Source: a bacterium
GTDB lineage: Bacteria; UBA8248; JACPRG01; G963555815
DNA: 64,000 nt
Assembly: GCA_965261595.1 (NCBI GenBank)
Contig: CBDHDG010000007.1
Coordinates: 384,001-448,000 of the forward strand
Direction of reading: 5' to 3'
Each line of letters begins with the position of its first letter. Positions within the stretch are counted from its first letter, which is position 1. This document shows positions 1-10,132 of this stretch, in pieces. The notes beneath the pieces were generated by a model, which was not told where the DNA came from, ran no database searches, and was given only the letters and a program-made list of their open reading frames with translations. The position numbers and the translations under genes are program-made.

Positions 1-146
1 CCTCTGAATGGCGGTGAGGCGTGTCGGGATAGAAGGGGGCTGGGCTGTCTTGGATAATGGGCCTTCTCTCAGTTTTGCGAGAGGATGACACAAAACGATG
101 CCCGCGCTTCGTACAAGGTGATGAAGGCCAGTCCCTCTTTCCGACA

Positions 147-311
147 GTCATTCCCGCGCAGGCGGGGATCCAAAACCCTTCGGGTCGCCCACAAAAACCC
201 TCTCACCGGCGGAGGCAGTCCCCCATGGGATACCCTCCTGTTGATGGGCCGGTGGGGATGAGGACGGACACGCCGGTCAGCACGCTGGATTCCCGCCTGC
301 GCGGGAATGAC
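147..311. repeat. Palindromic REP/RPE-like element
   Basis: GTCATTCCCGCGCAGGCGGGGATCC (147-171) and near-perfect inverted copy GGATTCCCGCCTGCGCGGGAATGAC (287-311); each half is itself palindromic. Confidence 0.8.
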
Positions 312-530
312 GAAGAGAGGTCTCTTTGACGCAAACCCGACCTGAGGACGGGCATCCCCACTCATGATAGAGCGCTTCATCTCCTCAGGCGCGGGAAAAC
401 TGGGGATAACTCAGGACGATTCGGCTTGAAATGCGTCCGCCTCCTATGATACCTTGGCGCGATTCTCAGGAAAGAACTTCGAATATCCGGACAGTGGCCG
501 CGTCTGCACGCCTTGCCGATGGGGATCTTC

Positions 531-1343
531 ATGACCCGGGAAAATCAGCCCGCGCAAACCTCCGCCAGCGTTGCCGATGTCCCCTGTATCAGCCTGCGAA
601 ACATAGAGATGGTCTACAAGAGCCGGGGAAAGCCGGATTTTCTGGCCGTTCGGGACGTGTCTGTGGACGTCCGGGACCAGGAGCTGTTCGCCATCGTCGG
701 CCCGACCGGCTGCGGAAAATCGACCCTCCTTTTGAACATCAGCGGGCTGCTTCAGCCAACGGGCGGAGAGGTGAGAATTCGCGGCGGCAGCGTGGAGGCG
801 GCCAAGAGCGGCAACCAGTTCGGGTTCATCTTCCAGGACCCGGTGCTCCTGCCCTGGCGGACCGCCATCGATAACGTCCGGCTCCCCTTGGAGGTGACCG
901 GGGCGTATAACGGAGGGGAGGACGACCGGTGCCGGGCGCTCCTGAAATTCGTCGGCCTGGAAAATTTTTCCCGCCACTATCCCCACGAGCTATCCGGCGG
1001 GATGCGCCAGCGGGTGGCCATCGTGCGCGCCCTCGCCCACGATCCTTCGATCCTGTTGCTCGACGAGCCCTTCTCGGCCCTGGACGAGATCACCAAGCGG
1101 CGGCTCCACGTGGAGTTCCTCGACCTGTGGGCGCACGAAAACAAGACCGGCTTGTTGATTACCCACGACCTCTACGAGGCGGTGTTCATGTGCGACCGCG
1201 TGGCCGTCATGTCCCCCAACCCCGGGCTAATCAAAGAGATCATCGAGGTCACCCTTCCGCGGCCACGGACAAAGGAGCTACGCGACTCCAAAGAATTTCA
1301 TGATTTGACCCGCTACGTTCGCAACGTTTTGGGGGAGTTCTAA
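531..1343 (+). CDS. ABC transporter ATP-binding protein (NitT/TauT/SsuB family)
   Basis: Walker A GPTGCGKS, signature LSGGMRQR, Walker B LLLDEPF; start uncertain (513-531). Confidence 0.92.
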   Translation: MTRENQPAQTSASVADVPCISLRNIEMVYKSRGKPDFLAVRDVSVDVRDQELFAIVGPTGCGKSTLLLNISGLLQPTGGEVRIRGGSVEAAKSGNQFGFIFQDPVLLPWRTAIDNVRLPLEVTGAYNGGEDDRCRALLKFVGLENFSRHYPHELSGGMRQRVAIVRALAHDPSILLLDEPFSALDEITKRRLHVEFLDLWAHENKTGLLITHDLYEAVFMCDRVAVMSPNPGLIKEIIEVTLPRPRTKELRDSKEFHDLTRYVRNVLGEF

Positions 1344-1345
1344 GC

Positions 1346-2143
1346 ATGACGAAAGGTTCTCCTAAAAACGAAAGGCTCCGGGGTTTCTTGGAGAGCTATG
1401 GCCCGGCGCTCATCTTTCTGATCGTGGGCCTGGTGGCTTGGCAGACCGTGACGACGGCGCTAAAGATTCCGGATTGGTTTATCCCTTCGCCCCTCAGAAT
1501 TGCCGAGGCGTTCACGACAACGAAGTTTCTCTGGAGGCACACCTACACGACGCTGATCGAGTCCTTGAGCGGCTTCGGTCTGTCGGTGGTATTCGGGACA
1601 ATGATGGCGGCGGGAATCGCCAACTCCCGGTTCCTCGAACGGGGTGTCTTTCCTTACATCTCGCTGTCAACCTCCATTCCGATCGCGGCGACGGCGCCTC
1701 TGCTCGTCATCTGGATGGGGCACGACATGAAACCGAAGATCGCGCTGGCGATGATCATCACGTTTTTCCCGATTGTCGCCAACACAACCCGGGGCCTGAT
1801 TTCGGCCGACTACCGGATGATCCGGATGATGCGCGCGCTGAATGCCTCCACTTGGACCATCTTTAGAAAGATTCAGATCCCCACGGCGCTTCCGTATATG
1901 TTTGCGGGGTTCAAGGTCTCCACCTCGCTCTGCCTGATCGGTGCGGTCGTGGGCGAGTTCTTCGGCGGCGACGATGGCTTGGGCTACATGTTGGTAATGG
2001 CCGAGTCCGGAATGGAAACACCGGTTGTGTTTGTTGTCATCGGCGTCTTGGCCGCCTGCGGCATTACGATGTTTCAAATTGTCGCTTACCTGGAAAGGAG
2101 GTTCATATTCTGGGCAACACAAGATTTAGGGAATCAAAATTAA
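1346..2143 (+). CDS. ABC transporter permease (SsuC/TauC type)
   Basis: Multiple hydrophobic segments, IPSP and GAVVGEFFGG motifs, 2 bp after the ATPase. Confidence 0.9.
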   Translation: MTKGSPKNERLRGFLESYGPALIFLIVGLVAWQTVTTALKIPDWFIPSPLRIAEAFTTTKFLWRHTYTTLIESLSGFGLSVVFGTMMAAGIANSRFLERGVFPYISLSTSIPIAATAPLLVIWMGHDMKPKIALAMIITFFPIVANTTRGLISADYRMIRMMRALNASTWTIFRKIQIPTALPYMFAGFKVSTSLCLIGAVVGEFFGGDDGLGYMLVMAESGMETPVVFVVIGVLAACGITMFQIVAYLERRFIFWATQDLGNQN

Positions 2144-2237
2144 TTGGTTTCAGTTAACCGTTTAGGGGTTGGCTTTGGTTGCGGGGTCGATCTCAACGAT
2201 GGGCAAACCGAAAACCAAAATACCGGAGGAAACAGAA

Positions 2238-3212
2238 ATGAAAAAGGCGTGGAAATGCATTCGGGCAATCGGACTGCTGCTCCTGGTTACCGGCCTGTTG
2301 GGCGGACAGGCGTTGGCCGCTAAGAAGGTGACATTTATGATGTCCTGGATTCCCGATGCCCGCTGGGCGCCGGAATTAGTGGCCAAGTATAGGGGTTTCT
2401 TCAAGGCCGAAGGACTCGACGTCAGTTTGAAATGGTCGAAAGGGAGCCGTAACGCTGGCAAGGCGGTGGCAACCGGCGCTGCGGAATTTGGAGCGCCAAC
2501 CGCCGGCGTCGTCTTGACGGGCCGAGAGAAGGGCTTGCCTTTGGTCTCAATTCTCTCCTCCTTAAACAAGACCCAGATATCCTTCATCTCACTGAAAAAG
2601 TCAGGGATCAAAACCCCAAAGGATTTCTATGGAAAAAAGGTGGGCGTCCAGCGGGGAAGCGCAACCTGGATTGGATTTTTAGCCCTGACGGGCAAGTACG
2701 GCATCGACATCGACAAGCTGAACAAGATCAATGTGGGGTTCGGCCTTAAGCCACTCCTTTCCGGGATGGTGGATGTTCGGCCCGCGTACATTGCTAATGA
2801 GGTTGTTCTCGCAAAAGTTAAGGGAATTGACCTTAACGTTATCTGGCTCCCGGACCACGGAATCGACCAAGTCGGAAATGGCACTGCGACCAACGAGACA
2901 TTCATGAAGGAAAATCCGAACGTTGTCCGGAGCTTCGTTCAAGCCACCATCAAGGGGTACAAGCACTCCATGAAGGATCCCGCCGACGCCCTCAAGGCGG
3001 TCCTTCAGCATAAGCCCGACCACAATCCCGTTTTCCAGAAGAGAGCCCTGAAGATAATTCAGACCAAGATTTCCGTGGCTTCGAAGGGATATCCCTGGGG
3101 CTGGGCGGTTCAGAAGGAGTGGCAAACAACCCACGACAATCTCGTCAGGTACGGTGTGATTAAGAAGCCCGTGGACGTGAAAAAGGCTTTCACCAATCAG
3201 TTTATAAAGTAG
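2238..3212 (+). CDS. ABC substrate-binding protein (NMT1/THI5-like)
   Basis: GGAGG RBS, signal peptide, GFFKAEGLDV and IKTPKDFYGKKVG motifs. Confidence 0.88.
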   Translation: MKKAWKCIRAIGLLLLVTGLLGGQALAAKKVTFMMSWIPDARWAPELVAKYRGFFKAEGLDVSLKWSKGSRNAGKAVATGAAEFGAPTAGVVLTGREKGLPLVSILSSLNKTQISFISLKKSGIKTPKDFYGKKVGVQRGSATWIGFLALTGKYGIDIDKLNKINVGFGLKPLLSGMVDVRPAYIANEVVLAKVKGIDLNVIWLPDHGIDQVGNGTATNETFMKENPNVVRSFVQATIKGYKHSMKDPADALKAVLQHKPDHNPVFQKRALKIIQTKISVASKGYPWGWAVQKEWQTTHDNLVRYGVIKKPVDVKKAFTNQFIK

Positions 3213-3463
3213 TCGCTCTACAGTTCAGAGGGCGCTATGGAGTGCGATCAGGCTGCGGGCGAGCAGGGCGATCTGTGACGTTATGAAGAAGCGGGTCAAT
3301 GTGGACGACGCCCTGACCAACCGCTTCGTGAAGGCGTATTACAGCAAGTAGGCGAACGGGCAATCGGCCGTCCGGTTCGCTGATTCCGTCCGGCGGTTAA
3401 AGATCACGCATTCCATCCGGAGGCCGGAGGACATCTCCGTCCGGCCCTCGCGGAGATGATCAC

Positions 3464-4486
3464 GTGCGCTTCGGCGTCGGCATCTGGGCGGACAAGCCCA
3501 TCGAGGAGTTGGTGCGGCTGTGCGAGCGCGCCGAGGCGCTCGGCTTCGATGACGTATGGTTCAACGACCACTACTTCGTGAAAGACGTCTACGTCGTTCA
3601 GGCCCTCGCCGCCCTCAAGACGAAGGACATCCGGTTCGGGACCTCGATCACCAGCCCCTACCAGCGCCATCCCGCCCAGCTCGCGTCTACGGTCCGGACG
3701 ATTCACGAGCTGTCGGGCGGGCGGGCGATCCTCGGCCTGGGGTCCGGGGGATTCGAGTATCCCGAGAACCTCGCAACGCCCATCCCGAAACCCCTCACGG
3801 CCTGCCGGGAGACCATCGACATCGTCCGCGGGCTTTGGACTTACAAGCCGGTTTCGGCTGGCGGAGAGGTTTTCCGAATTAAAGACGCCCGCCTCGAGTT
3901 CGGCGAGGCGGCCGACATCCCCATTTACCTGGGCGCGCGGGGACCCCGGATGCACCGTTTGGGTGGCGAGACCTGCGACGGAATCATCATGCACGGCGCG
4001 ACAGAGACCCACTGCCGCTATGTCCGCGACAAGGTCGCCGAAGGCGCGAAGCGCGCGGGGCGGGACCCGGGCAAGGTGGATATCTGCGTCCTGACCGATG
4101 TCGTTCTCACGGACGACTTCGAGGCCACGATGGACCATCTCAGACCCCGGTGCCTGATCATGGCGGGGGGGGAATATTCACTCGAGGTCCTCGAACACTA
4201 CGGCCTCACGCTGGAGGAGGTGGAGCCGCTTCGGCAAGCCGTCCGCGAAGGGGACAAGAAGAAGGCGCTGTCCCTGGTGACGCCGGCGATGGCCAATACC
4301 TTTTGCATCGTCGGAGACGCCTCGGCGTGTCTGGAAAAGGTGCGATCCCTCGAGCGCGCCGGCCTGACGCACTTGATCGCCACCGCCGGACTGCGCCAGA
4401 CGGCCGACTTGACCATGCGGTCCATGGAAACGTACGCCGAGTGCATCGTGGAGCCCTACCGAACCGCGTCGGGAGAGAAGAGGTAA
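3464..4486 (+). CDS. LLM-class flavin/F420-dependent oxidoreductase (Mer-like)
   Basis: AEALGFDDVWFNDH, ELSGGRAILGLGSG, PIYLGARGP motifs. Confidence 0.88.
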   Translation: MRFGVGIWADKPIEELVRLCERAEALGFDDVWFNDHYFVKDVYVVQALAALKTKDIRFGTSITSPYQRHPAQLASTVRTIHELSGGRAILGLGSGGFEYPENLATPIPKPLTACRETIDIVRGLWTYKPVSAGGEVFRIKDARLEFGEAADIPIYLGARGPRMHRLGGETCDGIIMHGATETHCRYVRDKVAEGAKRAGRDPGKVDICVLTDVVLTDDFEATMDHLRPRCLIMAGGEYSLEVLEHYGLTLEEVEPLRQAVREGDKKKALSLVTPAMANTFCIVGDASACLEKVRSLERAGLTHLIATAGLRQTADLTMRSMETYAECIVEPYRTASGEKR

Positions 4487-4500
4487 AGGGCGGGTGAATC

Positions 4501-4541
4501 GGGGGAGGCCTTTTCCGTCATCGAGGAAGGCCCCCCTCCCC
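4501..4541. terminator. Probable hairpin terminator between convergent genes
   Basis: GGGGGAGGCC...GGCCCCCCTCCCC imperfect stem between the LLM and EamA stops. Confidence 0.4.
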
Positions 4542-4580
4542 CCCCTCCCTATGGGGTCCAATAGCGGGTGAAAATCGCCG

Positions 4581-5459
4581 CTAAATCCGGAGGGCCACCA
4601 GAACGCTTCCCAGGACGATGAGGGCTGACCCGGCAATAACCGGGACCGTCAACCTGTCGAGGCCCCGCAAGAACATCGCGCTTAAAAAGAGCGTAAAGAG
4701 CGGCGTCGTCCCCGTAACGGGCGAGACGACGACCACTTCGCCGGCTTGAAAGGCGAAAAAGAGCGTCGTAAATCCCACACTCACGCCCACGCCCAATGCC
4801 CCGAAATACATCCAGCCTTGCGGGGAGGGCCGCTCCTCGTCCGGAGAACGGGTCCACCGCCAATAGACCAGGACAACAAGCATCGAAACCGCCGTGGCCG
4901 CCCAGGACCCGGCCACGGGATACGGATAGTCCGCCAGACCGAAGCGGACCGACACGTCTCGAAAGGCCGTCAAGACCGTGCCGCCCAGGGGGAATATCAG
5001 ATCCCTGCGGTTCCACAAGGGTTCGTTCCGCGACTTTCTCGAGAGAAAAACACCGCCCAGGACAATGGCCCCGATCCCGGCCAGACTGAACAGCGTGGGG
5101 GATTCCTTCAGCCAGAGGACGGCGGCCAGGGTGGCAATCAATGGCGCGGCGGCGCGAATGCTCGAGGACCGGGAGGCGCCCACCTTGTGGACGCTGAGGA
5201 TCAACAACAGGCGGGAGATGCCGGGGACGAATAACCCGATGAGGCAAAACACCCACAACCGCCCGTCCGCGAGGGCCGCCCGGGGCGTCGTCGACAGCGC
5301 CCAGATCGTCATGATGAAGAGATTGACACCCGTGGCGATGAGCGTCCCCAGTGTGACGTTGCAGTAAACGGTCCCCCGGCGCGCGAGGATATAGCAACTG
5401 GCGAAGCTCAGAGAGGACAGCAGCGTCCAAAAAACCGGGTTCAAGGGTCCACTTTCCAC
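4581..5459 (-). CDS. DMT/EamA family transporter
   Basis: 292 aa, about 10 TM segments in two repeated halves. Confidence 0.85.
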   Translation of the reverse strand: MESGPLNPVFWTLLSSLSFASCYILARRGTVYCNVTLGTLIATGVNLFIMTIWALSTTPRAALADGRLWVFCLIGLFVPGISRLLLILSVHKVGASRSSSIRAAAPLIATLAAVLWLKESPTLFSLAGIGAIVLGGVFLSRKSRNEPLWNRRDLIFPLGGTVLTAFRDVSVRFGLADYPYPVAGSWAATAVSMLVVLVYWRWTRSPDEERPSPQGWMYFGALGVGVSVGFTTLFFAFQAGEVVVVSPVTGTTPLFTLFLSAMFLRGLDRLTVPVIAGSALIVLGSVLVALRI

Positions 5460-5798
5460 AAGGGCGGATGTTCCCGCGGGGACCCCGCGCGGCGGCTCCT
5501 CCGGAAGGTCATCATGACTTCCATCGGTGAAGGAACCCGATGAGGGATCAGGTCAGCGGCGACCTAAGCACAACTCCTCGAAATGTGTCAATCAACGGAT
5601 TTTGCTCAAGGAAGCGGGACGCGCGGAATAAAGATCTCCGAATGCGCACGGCGATTCACGGGGCGAAGACTCCCCTTTCCCGAATCGGAGGCAAGACGGC
5701 GGCGAGCGGCCCATTCACTTGACAGCGACGGACCGTCATGTGGTAATTGCGCCTCCGAATTCAAATCGACCCGACGGCAACGAGGAGTTCACATAACG

Positions 5799-7220
5799 AT
5801 GGCAAAAAAACGTGAGGGGCCGGCGAAGATCGACACGCTCATTCACGACGCAGACTATGTCGTCACGATGAACAAGGACCGCGAGATCCTGACCGACGGC
5901 GCGGTGGCGGTCCATCGAGGGAAAATTGTCGAGGTCGGCAAATCCGCCGCCCTCAAGAAGAAGTACACGAATGTGAAGAATAAGATCCGTGCGCGGGACC
6001 GGCTGGTCATGCCCGGGCTGATCAACGCCCACATGCACTCCACCCAGCAGCTCGCCCGTGGCTTGGCCGACTGCGTATTTCTGCCGACCTGGATTCACGA
6101 CCGGCTTTTCCCCTGGGAGAACGCCTTGTCCGAGGAGGAGGTCTACCTGTCCAGCATGGCTTGTTGCATCGAGTTGATCCGGACGGGCTCGACCTGCTTC
6201 GACGATCCCGGCGGCTACAACATGCACCGGGCCGTCCAGGCCGTGACCGAAGCGGGGGTCCGGGCGAACATCAAGCGGTCGGTGACCGACATCCACACCA
6301 CCGGACGGCCCCTGCCGGCCAAAATGAATGAGGGGACGGACGACGGGCTGGCCGCCGGGGAGGATTTCGTCAAGAAATTCAACGGCGCGGCGAACGGGCG
6401 CATCAGCGCATGGTTCTCCTGCCGGACCGAGCGGACGAGCTCGAGCGACCTCCTGGCCAAGACCACGGAGCTCTGCAAAAAGCACGGCGTCGGCTTCGGC
6501 ACGCACATGCTGTCCAACCCGGACTCCGTCAATCGCCACAAAGAAGTCTTCCACGGGAAGAAGGCCGTCGTTCGTTATCATGAGGCGGGCGCCCTCGGCC
6601 CTCACCTCATCACGTATCACACCAACATCATCGACGAAGAAGAGCTGGAGCTCCTCGACGAGTATGAGGTCGGCGTCGTCCACTGCCCGACGGCCAGCTT
6701 CGCGGGGGGGTACGGCGCCATCAGCGAGGGGTTTCACCCGGAGATGTTCCAGCGCGGCATGAAGCACGGCCTGGGCTGCGACACCGCCCCCGAATCCAAC
6801 TTCGTCGACATGTTCCGCGTCATGTTCTCCGTGACCGCCCACCGGGACTACCGCCTGGACGCGACGCTGTTCCCGCCCGAGCACATCCTGGAGATGGCGA
6901 CCCTGGGGGGGGCGCGGGCGATGAACATGGAGAAACAGGTCGGCGCGCTCGAGAAGGGCAAGCGGGCGGACTTGATCATGCTCGATATCACCCGGCCGGA
7001 GTGGATCCCGCACCACAACATCATCTCCAACATCGTCCAGTCCTCAAGCGGGGATACGGTGGACTTCATGATGGTGGACGGCGAGGTTCTTTACGAGGAC
7101 CGGCAGATCAAGACGCTGGACGAGAAGGAGGTCCTGAAAGAGGCCAACAAAGCCGGCCTGGCCGTCGCCAAGCGGACGGGGCTCGACTACTTCGGCCGAT
7201 CCCCGTGGCCGATGCGGTAG
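5799..7220 (+). CDS. Amidohydrolase (MtaD/SsnA/guanine deaminase-like)
   Basis: MPGLINAHMH metal motif, VHCP, GLGCD, GALEKGKRADL; GAGGAG RBS upstream. Confidence 0.9.
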   Translation: MAKKREGPAKIDTLIHDADYVVTMNKDREILTDGAVAVHRGKIVEVGKSAALKKKYTNVKNKIRARDRLVMPGLINAHMHSTQQLARGLADCVFLPTWIHDRLFPWENALSEEEVYLSSMACCIELIRTGSTCFDDPGGYNMHRAVQAVTEAGVRANIKRSVTDIHTTGRPLPAKMNEGTDDGLAAGEDFVKKFNGAANGRISAWFSCRTERTSSSDLLAKTTELCKKHGVGFGTHMLSNPDSVNRHKEVFHGKKAVVRYHEAGALGPHLITYHTNIIDEEELELLDEYEVGVVHCPTASFAGGYGAISEGFHPEMFQRGMKHGLGCDTAPESNFVDMFRVMFSVTAHRDYRLDATLFPPEHILEMATLGGARAMNMEKQVGALEKGKRADLIMLDITRPEWIPHHNIISNIVQSSSGDTVDFMMVDGEVLYEDRQIKTLDEKEVLKEANKAGLAVAKRTGLDYFGRSPWPMR

Positions 7221-7312
7221 GGCTCAAGGCGTCCGGGCCGGGCGTCTCCGCGGCCAAGTCGGAGATGTTCATCCCCCCGGCAAAACCTTCTTCCGGCGTT
7301 CAACGGTCCGGT

Positions 7313-8164
7313 TCAGCCGGGAATTCCCAGCCGCTCGCAAGCGAGTTCCGCGATGGCGTCAGAGGCGTCGGCATGGCAGCCCGTGAAGCTCGGCCAGTCG
7401 TTCAGGCCAATGAGAAAAATCTCCCCCTCGGGCGTCACCACGGCGTCCCCCCCGTATATCTCTAGTCCCAACCGGGCCGAAGCGTCCCGGCCGAGCGCCG
7501 CGAGGGCGTCGGCATAGGGCAGGTGGCGGCGCGTGGCCACGCTCCGCCAGAACCAGAAACGCTCGCGCCCGACGCCGCAGAACCGGATTGCCTCGCCCTC
7601 GATATGCTCTTGAAACAGGACCCGGCCGACGCCCCGCTCGGCGAACATCGCCAGGGCCGGCGCCAGCCCTTCGGCGGCGTTCACCTTCAGGATGTCCTCC
7701 GCCTCCCGGGCGTGCAGGTCCTCCCCCTTGGCCCATACGGGCAACCCCCAGCTTTCGCTCGCCTCCTCGGCTTCGGCCGCCGCGCCGACTCCGGCCGCCG
7801 CGCAGGAGAAGAAACGGGGAATTCCGAAACCCTCGAACGGGGCCGCTTCGAGACGGGCAAGCAGGGTCTCCCGCCCGGAGCAGTCCCGCACGGACCGGGT
7901 CGTGTTCATGACGGGAACCCCTTCTTCCTCCCACCGGGCCAGGCGGGCAAGGGCCTCCTCCCCCCGGGCCATGCTGAGGACCATGGCGGGCGGCGTCCCC
8001 TCCCCCTCCTTCCACACGTCCGGGTCTTCCCCCGGCACCTGTCGGGTCCCCACGCCCCGGGCCGCCAGCCAATCGAACGTCAGGCGCAGGATGGCGGAAT
8101 CCTTTTCCCCCGGCGTGAAGGCGGGCTCCCGGGTGATTCCCAAAATGGTCCGGTCCACGTCCAC
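7313..8164 (-). CDS. ATP-grasp-like hypothetical protein
   Basis: PVWAK, LFQEHIEG, LEIYGGDAVV, LNDWPSF resemble an ATP-grasp fold; start estimated. Confidence 0.6.
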   Translation of the reverse strand: MDVDRTILGITREPAFTPGEKDSAILRLTFDWLAARGVGTRQVPGEDPDVWKEGEGTPPAMVLSMARGEEALARLARWEEEGVPVMNTTRSVRDCSGRETLLARLEAAPFEGFGIPRFFSCAAAGVGAAAEAEEASESWGLPVWAKGEDLHAREAEDILKVNAAEGLAPALAMFAERGVGRVLFQEHIEGEAIRFCGVGRERFWFWRSVATRRHLPYADALAALGRDASARLGLEIYGGDAVVTPEGEIFLIGLNDWPSFTGCHADASDAIAELACERLGIPG

Positions 8165-8199
8165 TGAGAAAATCCAGACGGAATGTTGAAATGGAGCAA

Positions 8200-8540
8200 A
8201 AACCGCGGGGGGCGCTTTTTGAAAGGCGCCCCCCCGCACCCCTCCCAGGGGTTGGGAACCCCCCCGTAAAACTTTCATTTCGCGATAGTGTGCAGCCCTG
8301 ATGGGCCGCACACTATCGCAGAAGCGAATGAGCGGATCTTCTCATCCACCCCCATTGTAGGGGCGAGTCGCTGACTCGCCCACTTATTGCCCAATACCAT
8401 ACGGGGTGCCACTGGCAGCTTGTCTGCCAGTGCCGCGTTTAGAATCCGTAGGGGCCGGGTCCCCGTCCCCACCCGAATCATCGTTGGTAGGGCGGGCATC
8501 CTGCCCGCCCGCCGGACAAGATGCCCGGCCTGCCGAGGTG
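8200..8540. repeat. Cluster of REP-like palindromes
   Basis: Hairpins GGGCGAGTC/GACTCGCCC (8361-8381), CACTGGCAG/CTGCCAGTG (8410-8432), GTAGGGCGGGCATCCTGCCCGCC (from 8487). Confidence 0.65.
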
Positions 8541-8640
8541 TGGCACGGTGGCAAACCGGCCCAACCGGGGGGCAAAGCCCTTGAGTCAGTGACCCCCTGG
8601 ACCCCTCAAAGCGTAAAAGGGTAAAAGTGATCAAGGGTTA

Positions 8641-9720
8641 CTATTTTGAAGCCTTGGCGCAACGAAACGAGACGCTGCTGGTCCGGAAGTCGGGAGCGTA
8701 CCAGATCCGATTCGCCGCGCGGAAGGCCTTCGTACCGCCGGTGTACCACGAGCCGCCGCACAAAACGCGCCCCCTGCCCGAGGGCGGTCCCTTCGGGTTG
8801 CGATCCGGGGCGCTCCCGTAATAATCCACCCGATGCCTGTCCTGAACCCACTCCCACACATTCCCGGACATGTCCACCGCGCCGTAGGGGCTTCGGTGGG
8901 TGTTGTAATCCCGGTCCACGGGGTGCGTCCTTTTGCCGCTGTTCTTATCCCAAATGATCTTCAACCCGGGCCAAGCGTTCCCCCAGGGATACTTCCGGCC
9001 GTCCACGCCGCGCGCCGCCTTCTCCCACTCGGCTTCCGTCGGAAGGCGCTTGCCGGCGGAGGCGCAATACTCCCGCACCTGGAACCACGTCACGCCCACG
9101 ACCGGCTGGCGGTCGCCGTTGAACTTCGACCCGTAATCCTTTTCCGGCCTTCCGAACCCTTGGAAACGGACGTTCGTCACCGGATACTTGTCGATGAAAA
9201 ACCCGTCCAGGTAAACCCGCCGCCGGGGCTTCTCGTCATCATACCCGCTGTCGCTCCCCATGATGAACCACCCCGCCGGGACGAGGACCATCGTATCCAG
9301 ACCGGCGCCGATCTGTTTCGGGGCTCCCTGACCGACGGCCACGCGAGGAGAGGGCTTTCCCGGTTTCTCCCCCGGTGGCTTCGTTCCCGGCCGGAAGATC
9401 AGCGTCACGATAAACGTCTTTCTGTCGGAGAGGTAGCCTTTGTCGATGATGTGGTCGATGACGATTGTTCCCTTCGCCTCGTGTTCTGTGATCCACTCCT
9501 TTAGCAATCCCATATCCAGCCGGACTCTCTCCGAAATCCTGACGCCAAGAAACTCAATCGCCTTCCGCTTGGCGTCCAGGATCGCCTCATTCCGGTCGGC
9601 CTGAAAGCCGTTCCGCGCGTTGTCGCTGTAACCATCCACCTGCCGGCTCGGCTGCGCCTGCGCGGGGCCGATAATCAAGAGGCACAAAACGAAGCCGACC
9701 AGGATGAGCCAGGCCTTCAT
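8641..9720 (-). CDS. Secreted FGE-sulfatase (SUMF1/EgtB/PvdO) domain protein
   Basis: Signal peptide; RLPTEAEWEKAARG, YPWG, DMSGNVWEWV motifs. Confidence 0.88.
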   Translation of the reverse strand: MKAWLILVGFVLCLLIIGPAQAQPSRQVDGYSDNARNGFQADRNEAILDAKRKAIEFLGVRISERVRLDMGLLKEWITEHEAKGTIVIDHIIDKGYLSDRKTFIVTLIFRPGTKPPGEKPGKPSPRVAVGQGAPKQIGAGLDTMVLVPAGWFIMGSDSGYDDEKPRRRVYLDGFFIDKYPVTNVRFQGFGRPEKDYGSKFNGDRQPVVGVTWFQVREYCASAGKRLPTEAEWEKAARGVDGRKYPWGNAWPGLKIIWDKNSGKRTHPVDRDYNTHRSPYGAVDMSGNVWEWVQDRHRVDYYGSAPDRNPKGPPSGRGRVLCGGSWYTGGTKAFRAANRIWYAPDFRTSSVSFRCAKASK

Positions 9721-9843
9721 CGGAATATCCCTTTATTAAGCTCCGCAACGGATACCCTGTATTTGGACAACTTGTATGAAAGAGTAGTTGCAGTGCATTG
9801 TAATACGAATTTCCTGTGGGGGTTCGTTTCGCGATTTCCGCTG

Positions 9844-10037
9844 GTGGGGCGGGCATCTTGCCCGCCGCCGGGCTAGAAGCCCGGCCTACCAAATCGCGGC
9901 TATGCGTGGGTGGCACTGGCGGCTTGGCCGTAAGTTTTCTTGCGAAATCGGGGAGCGCCAAAGGCGCTCCCCGATTTCGCGAAACAAAAGTTTTCGAGGG
10001 GGGCCTGGGGGGACAGTTTTCAAAATGTCCCCCCAGG
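9844..10037. repeat. REP-like doublet and hairpins
   Basis: GTGGGGCGGGCATCTTGCCCGCC...GGCTAGAAGCCCGGCCTAC; GGGAGCGCC/GGCGCTCCC; CTGGGGGGACA/TGTCCCCCCAG. Confidence 0.6.
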
Positions 10038-10132
10038 AAGATCCAGATGTCTCTCAAAAACTCCTCGCCGCCGACTCCGATATAATAAAAGGAGTCCGGT
10101 TTCATCTCATCCCCGCTGCGGAGAATCTTTTC

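Noticed and set aside
57..380. ORFs 57-329 (+) and 69-380 (-)
   Set aside because: Explained by the palindromic repeat; no other coding evidence
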